Made by a program: the position numbers and the translations under genes
Notes under the pieces: model-generated
Database searches by the model: none
What the model was told of the DNA's origin: nothing
Seen by the model: only the letters and a program-made list of their open reading frames with translations
Shown: positions 15,024 to 27,262 of the stretch, piece after piece
Layout of the letters: each line of letters opens with the position of its first letter
How positions within the stretch are numbered: the first letter of the stretch is position 1
Source: Schmidtea nova
Lineage: Eukaryota
Assembly (NCBI GenBank): GCA_044892505.1
Contig: CM097882.1
Location: 216,566,001-216,630,000 of the forward strand
Direction: 5' to 3'
DNA: 64,000 nt

Positions 15024-17699
15024 TGAAAACAAAATGCAAAACATCAAATTGACAGAAGAAGTATTAAACTGGAAAATACCAAATACAAACAAACCTGCAT
15101 TTAGAGTCAACAAGTTTATGGAGAAAAATCAAAATTGATGCATCAAAAGCGCACTAATAACTTATATATGGCCTGAAATTGTAGAAATTTTCATGAGAAG
15201 AGAAGACCTAAGATTTACAAACAAGCCTAAAGAAACGGAAAAGACAGGCAAATGGAAAGAACTGATGAGAACACACCTCCAAAGTTGGATAAAAGCGAAG
15301 AAAGAAATTATACAGTACCAATTAGAAAACAAAAAGATACCCGAAAATATAGAATTCCAAGAATTCGAAGCAAGTAACTTAACAACACTATATTACGCAA
15401 AACTTATAGAAACAAGTAATGTCGAGGACGACATTTTTAACGAGCTAGGGAGAGATAATAATACTGACAATGACGATGACGATGAAGAAAACAATGACCA
15501 CGAGAAAAATAATAACGATGATGATGATGACGGGAGAAATAATAACGATGATGATGATAAGAACAGTCACGGAAATCCAGATAACCACGAACAAACCAAC
15601 AAAGAAGATGAGGGTCAAGAGAGAAATACAAAGAAACAAGAATCCAAAGAACAAAGAGAAGACAACCCTAAAAACAATCATGAAAAGAAAGGAACAATTT
15701 ACAGAAGGAATCCATTTTTCAGACCAGAAGTATTAATGTTCGCAATAATCATAACACTTATGGGACAATGTGAAGCAACGGAACAAGAGATATCAATAGA
15801 AATGGAAGTACCAATACAAAAAGCATCAACACAATTAATGAATTCAAAAGATATTGAACAAGTATGTTGGGTAAAAGAGAATGAAATTCTCGGAGATAAC
15901 AACCTATTACGATGTATAAGCCCAAACCCCGATCGAAAAACTATAATAATCGACGAAATGGATATGGAAACATGGTATAGAATATGTACAATCAGAAAAC
16001 CCAAAGACGCAAAATCACACAAAACAGTTACATGCCAAGTAAACAAGACACCCAAAGTCCGATATGAGTTCATCAATGGAATAGACCTTCCAGGACCATT
16101 TTATTTCAAAATAACAAGAGCACCAGCATTAAGAAAAGTCTTACAACAACCAAGAACCAAGATAACAAGACCAAGTATAAGGAACACAACGGATCAACCA
16201 GAAACAAACAGAAGAAATACAACGGATAAACCGGAAGCAAAAAGACGAACGAAACAAACCACAAGAGTAATCTACAATTCCAAGTTGTTATGTATAACAC
16301 TCATTATGACAATACTGAAGCGATTGGAAGAAGGAATAGAAATGGATACAATGACATTAATAGACATGGAAGAGACACAAATGACAAACCAAAAATGTTG
16401 GTTTAGAAACGATGAGAAATTAGAAATAAATGAATCAAGAGAAATTCAGAAACTGGAAGCGGGTAAAACGAATAAAGTAATCAAGATAGTAAAAATAAAA
16501 ACGGACAGAATTCATAAACTATGTTTATTGGAAAAAGAGAGAAACAAGAAAGGAATAACCAATTGTAAAACATTTCAAGCAGGAAAAATAATAACGTTTG
16601 CAAGAAAAGTGGGAAAAGGAAACAAACAAAATTTTCAAAAATTAATCATAACGTTAGAAATAACGGGAATAGAACAAAACGTAAACGGAGTATGCTGGAG
16701 AAAATACGAGAAAGAAACGAATAAACATAAATCATCACAATGTCAAACAGTCAGAGGAACAACTACAGTACAAATAAAAAGTTTAGAAAGAAATCAAACT
16801 TATGAAATATGCCTAGTAAAGGAAAATGATCAAATAACGAGAAAAGATTTAGAATGCAGAATATACAAAGCACCGAACAGAGTAAAAACAATAAAACAAT
16901 ACGAAAGAATAAAAGACAACAAAAACCGAAGCATACCACTACCGAAAGTCAAACAGAACCAGAGAGGAAAACCTCAGCAACACTTATACTTTGGAAACTA
17001 GATGACAAAACAGTAGAAATATGTTGGTCAATGATCAAGAAATACGAAGAAAGACAACCATAACAATGCGAAAAGATGAACAAAGAAGAGGAGATCAGAA
17101 TTCAGAACCTACAATTGGACAAACAATACGAAATATGTGCAATAGAGAAGGCAGATAAATTTGGAAACCAGCAAGAAAAATGTGGAAACTACTATACACC
17201 GACAAATACAACGATCAAAGGAAGAATCAAGAAGCTAACCTTCGGAGAACTGAATCAAACAACGAAACAAATGGAAAACGAGGAAACAATAATAGATTCT
17301 TATGCCAAATGGAAACCAGAAAAAGTAATCCAAGAAGTCAAAAAGAAACAACAAGAACGACAACAATTGGAACTCAAATTAAAAGGACAATATGGACCAA
17401 TGATCAATCAGAGCAAATTCACCCAAATCAATGTTAACAAGCAAGGAAGAGAACTAATTGGAGTAGGAATACTGGCAGTATGCGTACCAGTAATAATAAT
17501 ACTATCAATAATATGGCTATGGGACATAATAAAAAAGAAACCAACCAGACAATGGCCAGATATAAAGATTATGAATTGTAAAATCAAAATACCAGAAGAA
17601 GTAAAGAAAGAATTCCAAAGAAGAACCAAAGGCAAAGAATTTTGGAAGCAGATTGAAGACGAGGAGCGACACGATGAAAAGGCAGTGATGATAGTATAG
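15024..17699 (+). pseudogene. Disrupted polyprotein C-terminus: acidic linker, signal peptide, four FN3-like Cys-containing modules, TM helix, cytoplasmic tail
   Basis: ORFs 15193-17001, 16854-17063 and 17076-17699 join via a frameshift near 16900-16960 and an in-frame TAA at 17061. There is a premature TGA near 15136. Signal-like VLMFAIIITLMGQCEA; TM LIGVGILAVCVPVIIILSIIWLW. Confidence 0.75.
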
Positions 17700-17825
17700 A
17701 GGGTGGGATATGACTGTAAATAATATTGTAAATTACAAAGCATTACCGTATATAGTATGGGTATTAATATTGTAGAGTATATAAAAAGAGAAAAGAGAAA
17801 AATAATAATGTATCTAATTTAGAAA

Positions 17826-18161
17826 ATGAATGTACGACAAGAAACAACCAAAATGACTATGAGTATGCGATGGAAAGCACAATGTGAAACATTAGTTCGA
17901 TCGATCAATGCACTACAGAATCAACTGGTAGAGAAGTAGAATATATTAGCAGACTGTTACAACAATACTTTTGAACAATTACATAAAATAGAAGAACAAC
18001 AGAGAATAATAACAGAACTGACAAGAGAGAATCAGAGATTGAGACAGACAATGGAAATAAATCAACTATCAAGAAGAGAAGAATCAGAAGGCCAATGGCT
18101 AAATTGGGTAATAAATGGATTAGAGAATGGTATGGAACCAGATTCAACGAGCGAACCATAG
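17826..18161 (+). pseudogene. Coiled-coil accessory ORF with one internal stop
   Basis: ATG 17826 to TAG 18161 with an in-frame TAG at 17937. IITELTRENQRLRQTME resembles NITNLTKENEELKQQII of ORF 40178-40678. Confidence 0.55.
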
Positions 18162-18234
18162 TCAAAATAGTAGCGGAAAATTGTAGATATGTAAAGATAA
18201 AACTCTAGAAAAATCAAAAACAAAGAGCAAATCA

Positions 18235-19251
18235 ATGTATGTATATATTATTGTAGAAATGGATAAAGAAGAACGAGCAGTCGAGATTTTGAGAGCAGCA
18301 AACAGAAATTGGAACAAGAGATTTTTATGTGGATATTGTAATAATTTATTACGGAAACCAAGGCAAACCGCCTGTGGATGTAGATTGTGCACCAGATGTG
18401 TACAAATGTTAGAACTAAAAAGAATAACAGAATGTCCAGAATGTAAAGAAGGACAAATAGTGTTAGACGAAACGAGACCAGATAGAGCAACTCAGAGAGA
18501 AATCATGAGCACATTAACTGAATGTATAAATCCACCGTGCACATGGCAAGGACAAATCAGTGAAATTGAAAATCATATAGAAAATTGTGAAGAAAAGAGA
18601 AGCGAATGTGAAAAATGTAAACAAGCGATAATTTTAAAAGATAAGGAGAAACACAGAAATGAATGCAAAGAGGAAGAAATCGCATGTGAATATTGCGAAA
18701 TTCGAGAAACAAGGAGAAAAATTGAAGAGGAGCACATCAATATAAAAGAAGAGAAAATATGCGAACAGTATGTAGAAGTATGCCCAAACAAATGTGAAAT
18801 AACCGAAGAAGTGAAATTACGAGAACATTGGAAAAAATGTACAGAAATACCAAGAGAATGTCCGTACAACAAACATGGATGCAAAGAAAAGAAGTCTCAA
18901 CAAACAATGAAACAACATTTAGAAACAGAAACAATCAATCATATTGAAATGACAAACAAAACAATTCAGAAATTAGAAAAGGAAGTGGAATCTCATAAAA
19001 TAATGATAGACTTACTATTAGAAACGAGAGAACAATTTGAATTAACCCGAGAAAAGATGGAAGAAAAAATAATAGCCATCGAAGAATTGGGAAAAGGAAT
19101 GAAAGTGCAATATAACAAATTAATACGAGAAATTGATGAGAGAAAACATTTACCATTAGCACCTTATGTATTGAAAATAACAGATTTCCGAGATAAATTA
19201 GAAGATGCACGAAGTTTTAAGAAAGTTGCGGTAATAAGCCCACCATTTTAC
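18235..19251 (+). CDS. TRAF-family protein (RING, TRAF zinc fingers, coiled coil, start of MATH/TRAF-C domain), intronless, truncated by the satellite
   Basis: RING CGYCNNLLRKPRQTACGCRLCTRC...CPEC; TRAF fingers CINPPCTWQG...HIENC, CEKC...HRNEC, CEYC...H, CPNKC...HWKKC, CPYNKHGC...H; coiled coil; MATH start YVLKITDF...ISPPFY, then satellite sequence. Confidence 0.92.
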
Positions 19252-19910
19252 TTTTTTAAGTTTTATTTGAATCTCTAAAATAGAAATCATTTTTTGATTT
19301 GCTGTTTTATTTGATTGAACTCTTTAAATTTATTTTCTCTCTTAATCTTCAAATTATCTTAAATTTTCTTCTTAATTTTTTTTCAAAATGTTTCTTTTTC
19401 AAAATTTTTTATTGTAACAATTTTTTTATTTTCTCTAATTTCCAACAATTTTATTGTTTAAAAATTAAAAATATTTTTCTTTCACTTCTTGTCTATTCTT
19501 TTTTCATTTTTCTGTTTTTCTGGAAACTGGATTTTTTTCTTTGATACTCGAAAACAGAAAACATTTTTTTATTTTCTGCTTTGTGTATTATTTTTCTTAT
19601 TGATATTTATTTTTTATAAATTTTCAATAAGATTTCTTTACATTTTTAAAGTTTTATTTGAATCTCTAAAATAGAAATCAATTTTTGATTTGCTATTTTA
19701 TTTGATTGAACTCTTTATTTTTATTTTCTGTCTAAATCTTCAAATTATCTTCTTAATTTTTTTTCAAATTTTTCTTTTTCATAATTTGTTATTGAAACAA
19801 TTTTTTTATTTTCTCTAATTTCTATCAATTTTATTGGTTAAAAATTAAAAATATTTTTCTTTCACTTCTTGTGTTTTCTTTTTTTCTTTTTCTGATTTTC
19901 TGGAAACTGG
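19252..19910. repeat. Satellite array resumes (~1.7 monomers) and ends
   Basis: Same monomer as 1-15023; ends at ...ttttctggaaactgg followed by unique sequence. Confidence 0.95.
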
Positions 19911-20884
19911 AATAAAAATAACATAATGACCCTCCCTTTCTTTTGGGTAATTATTTTAGTAATTTTTGGAGTCTTCTTTCGATTGAAGAACCGATACATT
20001 TTGAATGTTTTCAGATAACATCATGAGAAATAGATTCATCAATAGAACTAAAGACACAGTTTCCCTGCCATATTTCAGTACATTAGAATAGATGTCTTGG
20101 AGGGCTTCCTAAAGTGCTTGATCTCCAAAGTAACGATGGTTAAGGAAACATTGAAGAGAAATAAGATTTTGTTTCTGTTGCAGTCTTCTACCACTGCATT
20201 TCTGAGATCTGTATATGGAAAGTCGCTTGATGTTTCAATTAAACGGAAGAATTTTCTTGCGATTACTGCCAGAATTGTCATTACTAAATTTTGAATTAAA
20301 TTTTTTTCTGATTTGATTTTTGAGAAATTGAAAGCAATTTCCTCTTCTTGAGCCATATGGGTAGGTCTGGTTGCATGGCCGTAGTTTAATTGAGTTTGAT
20401 TGAATTTTGAAGAATCTGAAGCATTTCTAGCACAATTGTTAGTAAATTTAAAACGAGTCGAAATTTGAAACGTTTATTTTAAGAATTTCTTTTAATTTCA
20501 GAATTTAATAAAATTTGAAATTATTTAACTAAATTGATTGAATTGTTGGACAAATAAAGCACTCTTAGAGTCAGATAATTAATTGGTAATTTTATTCTTC
20601 ACCATCAATCCAACAGAAATGTTTTATACTCTAATTGCGTGTAAAATTATCACTATTCACCTAAAATGTATCCTTCAAAATGTATCTTTAGAAACAAATT
20701 TTACTTTTATCTCACGATAAACTGCTACTTATTCCGAAATAACTTTTTCAATTTGTTGGACGTTTCTTTCCTTGGGAAAATCATATTGCAACATATGCCA
20801 CGTATAAATTACATATCCAACTTATAATTAACCTTTAAAGTTAATGAAACCCTTAATAAAAACCTCGAATGTTGTATATAAAAC

Positions 20885-21128
20885 AAGTGCTGTGAAGTCG
20901 GAGTCGGAGCCAATGGAGTTGATCATATTTGGTAAGAGTCGGAGTCGTGACAAGTTAAACAATGTCGACTCTAAATTATTTTAATTAAATTATTTTTCAT
21001 ATTAATTTGTTTTCAAATAAAGTCAAAGTGGAATCGTAGTCAGAGTTGATATCCGAGTCGGAATCGTTTTGAACATTTCTAATTGCAGAGATCTGAGTTG
21101 TGCAATTACGTAACAACTCCGCTTCCCT
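20885..21128. mobile_element. Decayed MITE-like element with GAGTCG repeats
   Basis: Several gagtcgga motifs; ends gtgctgtgaagtcggag ... caactccgcttccctg form an imperfect inverted repeat. Confidence 0.4.
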
Positions 21129-23727
21129 GTAATATAACAAAGTCAAGAAAGATTTTAAATGCTAGCTTATCGTCAACTTTTCAGTGTCTTCCCTTTAAAT
21201 TTGGAGCATGGCAATGGTTGAAAAAGTTTTAAGTGTCGTCATTTATTCACATTTTTATTCAAGTCATTTTTTTGAAATTCTTGAGAAAATTCAACTTTTA
21301 TCTTAAGCAAATAATACTATTTTCTCATATCTACACTACTTTGAGGAAATATTTTATTTTCACGGATTGGTCATATGCCTTTGCAGAAACGTTCTACTTA
21401 TGTTCTTTACTCTTTAATTTATTCTATGAAATATCTCAATGTAATGCCTCTGACTTTTCAATTTAATTATGACATTAATTTAATAATTAAATTATTAATT
21501 TAGTATTATATTAAATAAACTTATTTTCTTTTTGTTTTAAATAAGCAAAAAACGCACTTTTCACTTTCAAAAAAACCAACATGACGAACATGCTCCAAAA
21601 AGAATTTACAATTATAAAATCAAAATTTGAAATGAAATAAATGAAATGTTTTCAAATCCAAATGAGGCAATGAATCAGAGATCTACAAAAATATCGAGTG
21701 AAAAGAAGCTATCTGAATTCTATACTAATACTTATAAGCTATCGGATTGCGTCAGTAACAATAATCAATCATTGAATACGGAATTCTTTCATCCTCATCT
21801 CAATTATGTCCTCCGCCTGGAGGGCAAGTGCTCATTTACTTCAACAATTTCAAAACAGTTCCCAACATTTCTCGTTGCTAAACATTCTCAATGTGATTTC
21901 GATTTTTAGTGGCTGCAATATGAATCAGATTAATGAGTTTTCTGATGTCGTCCCTATGGATGACAATCAGACCCAGCAATCGTTTATCGATAGTGAAACC
22001 AGTAAGCAATTCAACCAAAAATCATCAAATTCCAAATACAATACGTATAATTTTCAAACAATTCCGAATCCCAGAACAATTAATCAAAATCAACTGGTTA
22101 GGCTGTCAAAGATTAGCGATTACGAAAGCCAAGGAATTCATTCATCAACTATTGTAGATTGGAATATGATGTATTTCGTTCTTAATCTTTTCCTTTTCCT
22201 ACAATCCACAAAAACGTGGTTTGCTAAGGTCTAACCATCTTTAAAAATATTTCTCTCCTATTAACAAACGTTATTAGAAAACGGTAACTATATTTTTTAA
22301 TTTCTAATAGAAAATAATTTATTAATATTATAGTGCATTTCAATTGTTTTAGAAATTTTAACACTTTCCATCTTAGTGATTCCATTATTAACATTATTTT
22401 TAAATTATATTTTTTGGACATATTAAACAATTTGTATTGCCTAATGTAAAATACATTTTATTCGAAGGAAATAACAAAAAACATCCGGTAAGCTATATTT
22501 TTAATTTAAGTGCTTTTTTATGTTTTTTTCTGGAAAATTAATTTTACAGGACATTTCCAATGGATCAAAATTATAATTAAATTTATTAGTTATTTGTTAT
22601 TAATATTTCTTCAAACTTCTAAATATTTTATGAATTTCTTTAAAAAAACAATTAAAATGTAATTTAATCAATTAAAATTTATTATATTTGAATCTAACCG
22701 AAATTATGTTTAGCAGACAATGCTCGAAAATTCGGAATCATTTGACTTTTTAGTAATATATTTTCTTGTCTCAATGCCAGTATTTCTTTTTTTAAAGAAG
22801 CGATGATTTTTTCCCTTGGATCCTACGTAATATCAATAATTAATTAACTAATTAATAATTAATTAACTAATTAATTATTAAAACAAATTCTTAAAATCGC
22901 TGTTAGCAATTTCTAAATTCCAACATTTTCAATTAATGTTGCTAAATGTGACTTAATTTGTTGACGAAATTTTACTATAACAGAAATAAGATGTCAAGAC
23001 CATCCATAATAGCTAAAGTGGCATCCGTTAGATGGCGTCAACCGCACAAGTTATTTGATTAGAATACCTCTAGTCAACCAGAGTTAACGTGCCAATAGGT
23101 AGAAGTTTGGGAGAGACAAAATATTATATTTTGAATTTTTTTTTATTTTTGGTGCCTACTGATGAATTTCCTAAGAATTTTTATATAGTTTTTCGGACAA
23201 AGATTTTAAGTTCTTAAAATTAGGACAGCTTATGCGAAAATATTGGCTTAAAAGGATAAATATCAGAATTGTTGAAAGATTGACCTAGTGACCAATTCAT
23301 TATCATTGCAAAGGTTAAGGTTGCCGGAAATTAACGATATCGAATTCTGAATAGCTATAAACCTTCACTTGGCTCTTCCTTATTTCTTTTTGTTATGACA
23401 TCATCATCAACAGAATTTTAGGACATTTATTTTGTAATCAAATGCTTTTTTTTAATAGTTCTTTCTTAGGGTTCAAAATTATCTCCCCTACAATACGAAT
23501 ACACCAACTTTCACGATAGGCATTAGTTGTTATGAAATTTATTTGGAAACTGAATTGCATCATTTGGCTCTAAAATATTTAATTACAATTTTAATATACA
23601 TTTAACATTTTATAAGGCACCACATGAGTCATCGAAAATTTCAAAAAAAAATTTTTTTTCACAATTATAATAGAATAATTTTTAAAATTTATATAAGCCC
23701 TTCTATGGTCACAATTTATTGATTCTA

Positions 23728-23832
23728 GAAAAAATACCAACCTAACCGTTAACCCTAACCCTAACGCATAACCCCTAACCCTAGCCAACCCTAACCCCTA
23801 ATGCAGCCAGCTATGTTAGTTGGTATTTTTTC
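23728..23832. repeat. Degenerate interstitial (CCCTAA)n tract flanked by ~18-bp inverted repeats
   Basis: cctaaccgttaaccctaaccctaacgcataacccctaaccctagccaaccctaaccccta lies between gaaaaaataccaacctaac and gttagttggtattttttc. Confidence 0.7.
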
Positions 23833-24080
23833 CAATCGGTATTATTTCTGAAAGCCCGATTTATTTGGGTAAAGTTTAAGAATATTATTGCTTCTAAATG
23901 AACCGAGTACTTTGAAGCTTTTGTACACAATTCATCTTTTGATAACTTTTAACGCAACCATAACTTTAACGCCTGAATCGGCTATTCTCTTACTCTTCTC
24001 CGTCCGACCCTGACTGTCATAATTATAGAAATATCAGGATTCCGATTTTAAAACAAAACAATATCAAATAATTCTTTTAC

Positions 24081-24185
24081 CAATTTCATGGATGGTTGAT
24101 TATCAATTTTTAAGGCTTTTGTAGCATATCGTAAAGTATTTACTGAGTCTGTGGCCATTGACGCGGCCGGGGATATGCAAGCAAA
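24081..24185 (-). CDS. KIF12: KIF12-like kinesin exon (end of motor domain)
   Basis: FACISPAASMATDSVNTLRYATKALKIDNQP; AG/GT boundaries; 46-nt upstream intron, phase 0. Confidence 0.85.
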
Positions 24186-24231
24186 CTGCATAGAAATGGA
24201 TACAATGATATTATACAACATAAAATATAAC

Positions 24232-24437
24232 CATTAATGTCACTCCATTTCCTCCTAGAGAATCTGCTAATAATTTAGTCAATTTACTGTCTCTAAATGG
24301 AATGTGAGCATTTCGACGTTTTGGATCACTCAAACACGAAATACAATTTCCAAGAACTAAGAGACTCCTATTTATATTATTAGTTTCTTGTAACTGATTT
24401 TGTGAGACCTCTGGACCACTTTTCATCTTCTCACTCC
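24232..24437 (-). CDS. KIF12: KIF12-like kinesin exon
   Basis: (G)SEKMKSG...[52 protein letters not shown], close to the KIF12 motif [25 protein letters not shown]; splice phases consistent. Confidence 0.9.
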
Positions 24438-24887
24438 CTGAATTTGAAAAATATGATTTAAATAAAAAATATGATGTTAATACGAACAGTTTGACTTATG
24501 GAAAAGAGGAAAATTAGAATTAAAATGAAATTTATAGAATAATTATAAAAGATGCAATTCAGTACCTTAGTGATGCAAAAAAAATGATTAAATAAATACT
24601 TTTTAAAGTGAAAATATAATGAATGAAAATGAGAGATACAAAAAAATGTTGAAGAAATAGTTGAATATTCCTAATCCGTTGTTATTGAAAAGATGATAAA
24701 ATAAACAGGACGCTATTACTGAAATTAAATCAAATTTGAAAATAGAAGGTAGCCAGATGACAAATGAAGCTGTTGAGAAATGACAATAAAACGAGAGAAG
24801 ATGACAAGATTGAGTTTGATAAATTTGAAAATTTGAAAATTGATGAAAATATAAATAATTTTCCTAATTGTATGACTAGATCAATTG

Positions 24888-24990
24888 GTTTTTAAGTACA
24901 CAATATTTCGGCAAAGCCTTTATCAAGTGTGAATTTCAAGAAATACACACTTGATAAAGGCTGTGCCGAAATATTGTGTACTTTTAAAAC
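24888..24990. mobile_element. Palindromic fold-back/MITE family, copy 1 (diverged tail to ~25075)
   Basis: Arms aagtacacaatatttcggcaaagcctttatcaagtgtg / cacacttgataaaggctgtgccgaaatattgtgtactt; same core at ~61490 and ~62985. Confidence 0.8.
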
Positions 24991-25388
24991 AACAATTTTA
25001 ATTTATAATCATACAATTATGGAAATTGTTGATATAAATAAAAAGAGATCAAAAATGAAACCAAAAGATAATTGATAAAAATGATAACGAAAATATTTCA
25101 AATGTAGAACTATAATCTAATGAGAATATTTATGTTTATTGAAAAAATGTAGGAAGATAAATAATGTAAATAAATAACATAAACATAAAAAAACATAATT
25201 GGAAAGAAAATAGGAATTTAATTAAATAATGATATTTTCGTCAGATTTTGTTTATATTAAAATTTTTAATTTTGGGTTTAAATGGATTTGTTTTATCACA
25301 TATCTCTGTGTTAATTTAATTAAGGTTAACCATAAATGGGATAATATGACACTGTTCAATAATATAAACAGTACACACACATACATAT

Positions 25389-25392
<4 letters not shown>

Positions 25393-25447
<55 letters not shown>
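25393..25447. repeat. (TA)n microsatellite
   Basis: Perfect dinucleotide run. Confidence 0.98.
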
Positions 25448-25449
<2 letters not shown>

Positions 25450-26055
25450 CTCGTTCCCCAACCTGTGGTCCGTGGAGCTGATTTGTGTGGTCTGCAGGGC
25501 ATTTGAAAAATTGTAATAATTAAGATACAAGTTTTATGTAAATTTATTAATAGAAATACATTTCCCACACTTAAGATGAAGAAGAAGTAAAAGAAGATGA
25601 AGAAATGAAGAAATATAATAGAAAAAAATTATTAAAAAGACTAAAATAGTGTTGGATGATGAGGATAAGCTCATCAACACATTCTTTCTGTCAAAGCACT
25701 ATAGAACTGGGCTGAACGCAGTCAGCTGCACAATCCAATCAAATCCTAACAATACGTGAGTCAACTCCCAAATTTAAACAATTCAACATCAACGACTATT
25801 TATTTGATTAGTTTTTCCTATGCACTTTATATTAACGATTTTTGACAAACTGATTTTTCATGAACTATTGTATTATCAGTTAAATAAATAATTATCTCAA
25901 ATAAATAAATAATTGTTTTATAAAATGTAATTAATATTTTAAGTAACAAATTACACTTTAAATGAGAGAAAGAACGAAAGTAAAATTATTTTAAAATTGG
26001 TTGGCTTTTCGTAACAATATGTAATATATTAATTTTTTATATCTATACTATAAAG

Positions 26056-26532
26056 CAGGGATATTCAACTGGCGGCCCGCGGGCCAGATCCGGCCCGCCG
26101 AAATTCGAAAATGGCCCTTTCAATATCTTCGAATATTACACATATATAAAAATATTTGGATGATATGTGCATAAAAACGCTCAGGTATTTTTTTAGGAAA
26201 CGGGGTTTATTTAATATTTAATAAATTAAATATGTGTATAAGCGGCTGCGATCATTCAAATTCCTTGGAAAATGCGTTAAAATTTAAAAAAATAAATGAA
26301 ATAATGGTAATAAAGTTATTAATTTAAAATGCGTCTGGAAAATTACATAATAATATAAAAATATATGGTAAACATTATAATACTTGGTAATAGAATAACA
26401 ATCACTAAAACACGTTTATATTTTGTTAAAGTGTAATCCGCTACAAAACTAACAACTTTTTAATTGATACGGCCCTCGATTGCCGTTATAAGATAAATTT
26501 GGCCCTTCATAATATTTAGTTGAATACCCATG
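26056..26532. mobile_element. hAT-superfamily MITE in a kinesin intron
   Basis: TIRs cagggatattcaact / agttgaatacccatg; exact 8-bp TSD ctataaag at 26048-26055 and 26533-26540; GC-rich subterminal ggcggcccgcgggcc. Confidence 0.9.
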
Positions 26533-27262
26533 CTATAAAGTATAATATTTTATTTTAAAGTAATTACATTATAAAAAAATTATTTATTTATTTGAGATAA
26601 TTATTTATTTATATGAGATAATTATTTATTTAACTGAGAAACCCTGTAATTGTATTTTTTTATTTTTATTACCCGTTAATTTATATTGACAATCATCCAT
26701 TAATTGTTATCAAATTTTAAATTTTTTTATTTTTGTACCAAAATTGTTTTATGTAATATAATGTAAATAGTCAAATCTGACATTGGATAATATAAATATT
26801 TAATTAAACATACGAAAATTCTAGTATATAAGGCAGAACAAAATATTCAAAACCGCCACACAAAATTTTTAAATATCTGTAACTTTTACGAAATACTGGT
26901 TTCAAAGGTAAATCCGAAGAAACTTCAAAACCAAGGACAAACAGAAACGTCTTACACTTCAACCTTTGCACGCTCATAAAACACGCATTACACTACAAAC
27001 ACACAAAGTACAATTAGAATTCACACATTTTTATTTTGTAAAATATTAACTATAAAGAAGTTTTTGTATTCCACATCAGAAGTGTAGATTTTAACGGAAA
27101 TTGTACAAAATTTTATAGGTAATTTGTAATTTGAATAAAATATTTTAAACAAAGACTACTTTTATTTTATTTATATATCTAGTAACCAGTGCACGTTGGG
27201 ATCTCAAATATCAAGGCCTCAACAATAATATAAACTTGATAGTAATATTATAAATTATTTAC

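Larger units (their letters stand above)
15024..19251 (+). mobile_element. Internal 3' fragment of a second, diverged giant Ty3/gypsy element (no LTRs), embedded in the satellite
   Basis: Translation from ~15045 (VLNWKIPNTNKPAFRVNKFMEKNQN*CIKSAL...WKELMR) aligns with the post-ankyrin part of the 40665-50204 polyprotein (LLTWVNPITKEPAFKINDHMEQNQNWCIRSAL...WKDLFR), about half identical over ~80 aa by hand alignment. The same acidic linker, signal peptide and Cys/Trp modules follow. Confidence 0.9.

Noticed and set aside
21646-22234. N/S/Q-rich + strand ORFs with a possible ttttag acceptor at 21909; also minus-strand ORF 20075-20356
   Set aside because: They could be host exons, but I recognised no homology and could not build a consistent splice model.
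23741-23801. True telomere or chromosome-fusion scar
   Set aside because: Short, degenerate, single orientation and enclosed in an inverted repeat typical of small mobile elements.
25229-25568. ORFs with (YI)n runs
   Set aside because: Translation of the (TA)n microsatellite.
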